A stretch of DNA of 57,061 nt, the filler included, from Bipalium vagum (taxonomy: Eukaryota), in the NCBI GenBank assembly GCA_037834085.1. It is 3 parts of 3 records of this genome, joined end to end, with 100 filler letters (N's around TTAATTAATTAA, not from the genome) between each part and the next. Parts side by side here need not be neighbours in the genome. Positions count along the whole stretch, not along the records: positions 36,641 to 57,061 come from JBBMKC010253613.1; 2 more parts are not named here. One strand, given 5' to 3'. How positions within the stretch are numbered: position 1 is the first letter of the stretch; every line of letters starts with the position of its first letter. The translations under genes and the position numbers were made by a program. This document shows, piece by piece, positions 49,886 to 57,061 of this stretch. The notes under the pieces were generated by a model. The model was given only the letters and a program-made list of their open reading frames with translations, had not been told where the DNA came from and made no database searches.

Positions 49886-51151
49886 CGAGAGTCAGTCGAA
49901 AAGTCGAAAAGTCGAAAAACACATTTATTTTATTTTAAAAATTATTTCAAATTTGAGCTTTAATGTCATTTTTCAACATATTCCCATCCACGTTCAATGC
50001 ACATACACCCCCGCTTAATTAAAGACTGGAATCCATGAGAGAAGAAATTTTTTGGCTGACTATGAATCCACTGATGTACTGCTTTTTTGAGCTCTACACC
50101 TGAATCGAACTTTCTTCCCCCTAGTGTCTTCTTGAGTTGTCCAAATAGGTGGAAATCACAAGAGGCGAGGTCGGGAGAATAAGCAGGAAGTGGAAAACAT
50201 TCAATTTTCAGTCCTTTAATTTTATTTACTGTAGCATGGGCAGTATGTGATCGTGCATTATCGTGCTGCAATAGGACACCACGACTAAGCAGTCCACATC
50301 GCTTTGTACGGAGATCTGGTTTTAGATGATTTTGAATTAGATCAAAATACGATATACTTTTTACAGTTTTTGGTATGTAATGGTCAAAAAATGAGTTTTT
50401 GGTATCCCAAAAGCGAGTAAGCATCAGTTTACCAACTAATAGTGTAATACAAAACATCTTTGGAGGTAGAAAAGAACAATGTCTCCACTGTTTGGTTGCT
50501 CTTTTTGATTCAGGTTTGAAACCCAACATTCATCACCAGTAACGATGCTATCAAGAAAATCATCACCTTCTGTTTCATAACGATGAAGGAGAAATTGATA
50601 GATGTCCATCTGGGGACTATCATCCCATGGGTAAGCTGTTTTGGAACAAACCTGGTAGACAGTTTTTGAGATTTTAACATATCATGGATGATGTAATTAA
50701 CTGAGCCATAACTTAGCATCATTTTAGAGGCTTCTTCATTAATTGTTATCAGCCTGTTTTAATTTAAGATTTGATCAATTACGGAAAATTTTCTCTGATG
50801 TTTCAGCTGAATTGGGTCTCCCAGATCTGGGCGCATCTCTCAGATTTGTTAATCCGCTTTGGAACTTCCTATACCATTCATATACCTGTTAAAGTGATAA
50901 GCAGGCATCCACATACTTTGATAACATTCTGCGATGAATATTAGCACGCATCTCTTCTTTGGTGCATTCAGTTCGAGATACCGCCATCATTTTAATGCGA
51001 TTATTAAAACAAATGTCAATATTAATCATGGGTAAGAGCTTTTTTATTTATTGTTAATGTATTTACTTATAAAATAAAAGGTATATTAAATCTTTACAAA
51101 ATTTGTTTTATTTTTACAGGTAATTTAAGGTTAATTTTTGACTGTCCCTAA
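49886..51151 (-). mobile_element. defective mariner (DD34D)
   Basis: ORF 49966-50529 with LQHDNARSH and PAYSPDLASCDFHLF; IVTGDE upstream; imperfect TIRs CGAGAGTCAGTCGAAAA / TTTTTGACTGTCCCTAA with TA flanks. Confidence 0.9.
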
Positions 51152-51929
51152 TACTTTCACATTTTAACGTCCTTTAAATTTTACGACCTTTATCAATGAC
51201 AGATGTCCTGTCAAATTTTAACCTATGTCTTAATTAATCTTAGAAACCGTTGATTATTTCCTTTTATATAAAAAATGTTAAAGGTACCGGAAAGTTATCA
51301 ATTATTTTCAAAAATCTTGAAAATATTTATTTTATTAACATGAATAAAACTGTAGTCGACGAAATAATTACGATTGTAGTTCAAAATCTTTGGTCGACGT
51401 TCCTCCAAATTATAAATTACATTATAAAATAACATTCTTAAAGTCGAGGAGGTTTGTTAAGCAGATTCCTTGGCTGTCCATATTTTTGAAATTTCTGTTT
51501 CACAAATTGTGTTCCAGGGAACAGAATAAATGATAATCAGAGGGCCTATGTGAACCAAATATGAAGGTTGCAAAAGAATAACAAAGACATTCTGCCTGAT
51601 CTTTTCTTAGGTTTTTTCTCAATTTACCAATGCTATCCTTTTAAAGTTCAGTATTGATGTAACCAGTTCAGTTTTTCACAATAAACTTCAGTATTAAACA
51701 ATGTACAGAACCAAAAACTTTTATTTTATTTAATTTCAATATATAATATACTAAAACAGAACTATTACATTATAAAGTTAACAATTCAGCTTACAAAACT
51801 GATAGATACTTAGTGTTATCTCTGAAATGGTTAATAAATTAACTGAAAAAAATTAATAAAATATGATTTTTGCGTGTGATGATTTCCCCTACACACAGTA
51901 ACTGTTATAAAAGAAAACATTATTGAAAA

Positions 51930-52130
51930 ATAGGAAAACGTCAGTGCTCTTACCTTCATATTATCCTCAATTGCATCCAATTGAGGACATTTAATATATG
52001 AAAAGAATCAATACAAGGTGCTAATTGCAAATCAAAAGAAGAATTACTTGAACAAATACGAATATCTATGTCTATTGTAAGTCAAGAAAATGTGGTGCAT
52101 CTTTAGACTTGTGGATATTTATTTAATAAA
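51930..52130 (+). mobile_element. IS630/Tc1-like remnant
   Basis: LLPSYYPQLHPIE motif. Confidence 0.45.
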
Positions 52131-53263
52131 AGCAATACCCAGAGAAAACTTGTTTGTTTATTTAAATTGTTGAAATATATATTTTTTGTATTTAACTTTT
52201 TTTATTTAAAATAATTTTACAAAAAGTTCTAAATATTCTGAAAAACAATGTATTAAGCAATGAACAAAGGTCGAACATTAAAATGTAAACTAAAAAATAA
52301 TTTAACAAAATATTAAATATTAAATATAATTAAATTAAATAAACTATATATATCTTCAAATGGTATCACTATCATGAATTTAAAAGTATTTTAAAATTAT
52401 TATTAGAAAAAAGTAAAAAACCATTTTTAATTCTAAAAACTTTAAAAATACCATTTTAAAATATTTTATATATAATCAAATTTTCCTTAAATTATTAAAA
52501 ATTATCTAAATATTTTGTTTTATTTATAGAATTGATATTCTTTCCTAGATTAAGTATTAATCAATGATTTTCTAATGATTTTGACCAAGTTCTTTTTGAT
52601 AAAAAGTACAGTACCATCAACCAAGTGCTCCTTCAGAAATTGCAAGAAAAAATTGCGTTTACATATTTTTGAAGTACGTTTTTGGCGAGATTCGATTGAC
52701 AATTTTATCATGACATTAAATTTATTTATGATAATAAATTCTTTTTTTTCATAAACAAACTTCGTTTTATTTAATAATTTACAAAAAGCGAGAATATCTA
52801 TAATTTTGTTTTAATTGATTATCGGGCATAGTAATGCAAAAGTTCAGTCATCCCTTATATTTTTAGATTTTCATATGACTGACTACCACTCTTCTCTTTT
52901 TTGTGGTTAATTGACTACAAAATATTTATATATATTTCGTTATGAAAAGAATGGAATATTTTTTTAGTTTTATTACCTGGTTTGTGTGAGAATGAACAAA
53001 CAATAAAATAGAAAATATTTGCATTTTACGACTTTTTTAAAAGGATATTTTGAAGTCATTTTTCATTAGTTCTGAAAACTACGTTCTTTTAGTTATTATC
53101 TCAAGATAAATATAAATCAATATAATTAGAGTGAATCAGGAAAGTTTTACTTAAAAGAATATAAAAATCTTATTACTATTAAGTTTTTAAGAATATTATA
53201 AAAGCTAAATTTTAAAGTTTAAATGCAATTTAGAATTAACGTATTATTCAAACAACGTTATTA

Positions 53264-54526
53264 CAGGGTGTCCCATAAGTCCCCGTGGAAAGTAAACCTA
53301 AATATCTTTCATTAAATTCAATCGACTGAAATTTCTATTTATATAATATTAAAGTATGTAAGTCTAAGTTTTGTTTTAATATTTTAAACTTAAATTTAGC
53401 CGCTTGATTTGAAGTTAAGAATCAAAATTGTACTGGCCAAATTCAACTCAATTTGTGTTGTTAAACGCAAATTAAATGCCGAATTTGGAAAAACTTCACC
53501 AAGTGAAAGTGCTATAAGAGAGATTTTTCATTGTTTTTGAGAGATTGGCTCGGTGGAAGATTGTGAACGTTCTCGAAGACCAAGGCTGATCACTGAAAAT
53601 GAAGTTCAGAAAATGAGTGAAGTTAATGAAAGTGACCATCAATGCAGTGTTCGATCTGTTACAACCACCCGATCCATTTCGGGAACAACAACCCATCGAA
53701 TTATGAGAGAACAGTTATCATTGAAACTATTTAGGGTTCATTTCACTCAGGAATTACATGAAGATGATTTGCAAGACAGAGTAGAGTTGTGCAAAACCCT
53801 GGTCCCAAAGTTAGAAAATGTGGATATTCAGGAAAATATTTTCTTTTCAGATGAAGCAACGTTTTACATAAAAGGATTAGTAAATAAACATAACGTCAGA
53901 TATTGCTCAGAAAGTAATCCACATGTTACCTTTGAAACTGCTAGAAAATCGCAGAATGTAAATGTTTGGTGTTCTTTGTCAAAAAATAAAATTATCTGTC
54001 CGTATTTCTTTGACTGTTAATGGTCAAAATTATCTATTATTATCACTATTTTATGTTTGAAGTGAGGAAAATGTACAGTCTCTGGTATTTCATCCTGCAC
54101 ATTTTCAAAAAATGTACGGTAATATTTTGACGCTTATTTTCCGAACAGGTGGATTGGAAGAGATGGGCTCCACGTTCACCAGATTTAACCCCTTTTGACT
54201 TCTATTTATGGGACCATTTAAAGAATAAGATATATAAATCTGAAATCTGAAATCATAAATATTGACGATTTGAAAACAAAAATCACTGAAGAAATAAAAA
54301 GTTTTACCACAGAAACTTTGAATAGCGTATTTTTAAATATTGATAAAAGGAAGAATTTATGTATATCAGTTAATGGTAATCATTTCGTACAATTTTTGTA
54401 CATATTTTTATATGAAATAAAAATTAAAAGATCTGTCTTTAATTTTATAAAGCAAGCGATTAAATATCTCAATCTGCTTAAGAGATATTTAAATTTACTC
54501 TCCGCGAAGACTTATCGGACAACCTG
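53264..54526 (+). mobile_element. second copy of the DD41D element (same family as 9301-10551)
   Basis: TIRs CAGGGTGTCCCATAAGTCCCCGTGGAAAGTAAA / TTTACTCTCCGCGAAGACTTATCGGACAACCTG with TA flanks; ORF 53553-54020 closely matches 10048-10383. Confidence 0.92.
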
Positions 54527-56559
54527 TAATTTAATTTTTATCGTTAATAAATTTAAAAGATTTAAAAGAGTAACCAGAAGTTTTCGAATATATTTTAAAA
54601 AGTTTTTAAAATCTGATTAAAGCTTTATACTTTAATTAAAGATAGCAATAATTAATAAAGTTATAATATTTCGTTATTAATACTTTTTTGAAAAACCAAA
54701 TATGTTTTGGTTTGTTTGAATGAAAAAAATTTAGGCGGCTAATTCGAAAAGGATAAAAAACATTTTGTTATAAAAATGAGTTATTGGAAAATCTTTATTG
54801 CGATTGAAGACATTACAATTACTGAAAAAAAATGAAAAATTAATTAAAATTAATGAAATTAATATTTATTTAACTATTTTCGTTTCCCTTTTACTTTCTG
54901 AAAAAAATTGTTGAAATTTAATGCTAAGTAAACTCCATTTGTAACTAAATCTATTTAAAAAATATTGTTGAAGTAATGAACACATTATAGTATTATAGAA
55001 GTAAAGATTATAACATTTACAGAACTAGTATAGAGATTTTTGAAAAAAGGATGGAACAAGAAAGTAAAAGAAAGAATTATTTCACATCTGAGCTAATAAA
55101 ATATCCGCTTATATTACCTTTACGAAAGAGGATCATTAAAACACGTTTCTTAACATACATTAAGTTTTAATTTTGATGAGAGCTGAGATATTAACAAAAA
55201 CATATTGAAGAAGTATTATAAAATAATACTTGATAAAAATTAGGCAAAATGAGTCAAAAACTCTAAGGAAAATATTATAATAATATGAGAGTCATACAAA
55301 TGGATCATAATATTGTTCAAGTAGTAATACTCTTAAGCTAGAAAAATTATATATATAATTTATTATTAATTTAAAAATAATTTTATTAAATTAATTCATA
55401 TTATTTATTATTCATTTATAATTAATATTTAATGAATTTGTGGTTAATTCTATGTAGCAATCATTAAAACCATAAAAAGTAACTTTTTTTATAATCTCTG
55501 TATGTGTACATTTATTTTCATTATAATCAAGTGATAACACAATCTTGTCCGTGTACAGATATGAAGATCTACCATTTTACAGGGTCATTTATAATTGATA
55601 TCTGAGAAGGCATTTCAGAAACTTCCGGACTTGAGCTTATTCATTCAACGGAAAATCTGGTCCAGTCAAAACTATAAAAATCAATCACAAAACTCTGAAC
55701 ATTCAATAACTCGTCTGCCAAAATACGTTTTTTATTCATTAATTTAGATATTGCATTCGTCTAAAGTAAAAAGTTTCCCCTTTTTACAGAAAAGAATAAA
55801 AAACAATAATGTCATAAAAATATTTTTCAATTTTATTAATTTTTTATGGTATCATTTTTGACTTCGTTACCATGATAAATTAATAACAATATTACCAATT
55901 TTTTAAATTTTATTGGAAAAATCGTTATATTATTATATTTTTGAAATAATTTATAATGAAACTTTCAACGCTCTAGTTCTTGTCCGTGGAGCTTGGTTTT
56001 TCAATTTTTTCAATAAAATCAATCAAAAATTGACTTCGATAAATTAAGAAAGACAAAAAATATGTGGAATAAAAGAATTCTTTTTGTAAAAGAAGAATAT
56101 AGTAAAATTAATTAAAAGTTTGCCTGACAAAGTTGAAATTAAAAAATTGACTTATTCATTCATAAAAAAAAATAATTAAATTGTTAAAAGTTCACAATTC
56201 CTTCTGTTTGCGAAAATTCTTTAAATGAAAATAAATTTTAAATAATAACAGTGTTACTTAATTTCTCAAAAGATTTTACATTATATTTATTTAATAAAAT
56301 TCAGATTTCATAGAAGAATATCAAAATCGGACGAAGCTTTCTTTTTGTTTGAGTTTTTTGAATCTAAACCTTATTAAATAACTTTTTATTTTGATGTCCA
56401 ATAAATTCACGCAGTTTAATTAGAATCAAATTTATATATTATTTCAATATATATTAATCCCATTTTGATTGACTTATTCTAAAGGATATTGATTGCTCTT
56501 TCGAAAGTAAACTTTTTATTTTCATAATAAGCCTTCTTTTCTTACAAATAAACGGGCCA

Positions 56560-56800
56560 ACTAGATAAAACTGAATATTCAAAACTATAGAATCAGCTCG
56601 AAATATATGTAATGTATACGGTAAAGGATTCATTTCTGAAAGAACTGCCAGAAAATGGTTTTCATAATTCAAAAATCAAAATTTCAACATCAATGATGAA
56701 TAAAGAACTTTAAGAACATCTGCCTTTAATGAAAAGTGTTTGGAAGTACTTCTTAATGATGATCCGAAACAAATTATATAAGAATTTACTAAGACGATGG
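56560..56800 (+). mobile_element. mariner 5' fragment
   Basis: SERTARKWFS.FK..NF.I.DE...LL..DP.Q HTH remnant with stops. Confidence 0.65.
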
Positions 56801-56981
56801 ATGGAATCGAAGCATGGAATTAAAATGCTGCCGAAACGTTTGGAGGAAGGCACAAATAATGAGGAGATTATACAATTCTTAAATTTATTTGTAACTATTA
56901 TTATTTTTCAAATACATTTTTAAAACGCAATGAACAAAAGGTATCGAATTTATTTATATATAGTTAATTTCATAATTATAA

Positions 56982-57019
<38 letters not shown>

Positions 57020-57030
57020 TAATAATAATG

Positions 57031-57061
<31 letters not shown>
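56982..57061. repeat. (AAT)n microsatellite
   Basis: AAT run at window end. Confidence 0.95.

Overview
AT-rich eukaryotic (metazoan, probably invertebrate) genomic window with two scaffold gaps (16847-16946, 36541-36640). Two host genes can be assembled across canonical GT-AG introns with consistent phases: a 7-exon WDR33/PFS2 gene (poly(A)-signal-reading subunit of CPSF/mPSF; 18247-26489, +) and a 4-exon divergent Hes/hairy-family bHLH gene (29031-29781, +). A third, partial multi-exon gene lies on the minus strand (251-10829) and weakly resembles an anillin/rhotekin C2 domain. Most of the rest is a transposon graveyard: many mariner (DD34D) copies, two DD41D copies, Tc1/IS630 fragments, an RLE-type non-LTR retrotransposon, decayed Gypsy-like pol remnants and foldback/MITE-like inverted repeats. 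The most unusual signal is in the WDR33 introns, where I recognise no transposon remnants but find many long complementary segments, crossed (pseudoknot-type) helices, a stop-containing cryptic exon, a thrice-repeated AATAAAATCGAT 12-mer and three hairpins each displaying a variant poly(A) hexamer. Together these suggest an RNA-structure-based autoregulatory circuit for the poly(A)-signal reader. All pairings, counts and family calls were made by eye; no folding, alignment or database search was run.
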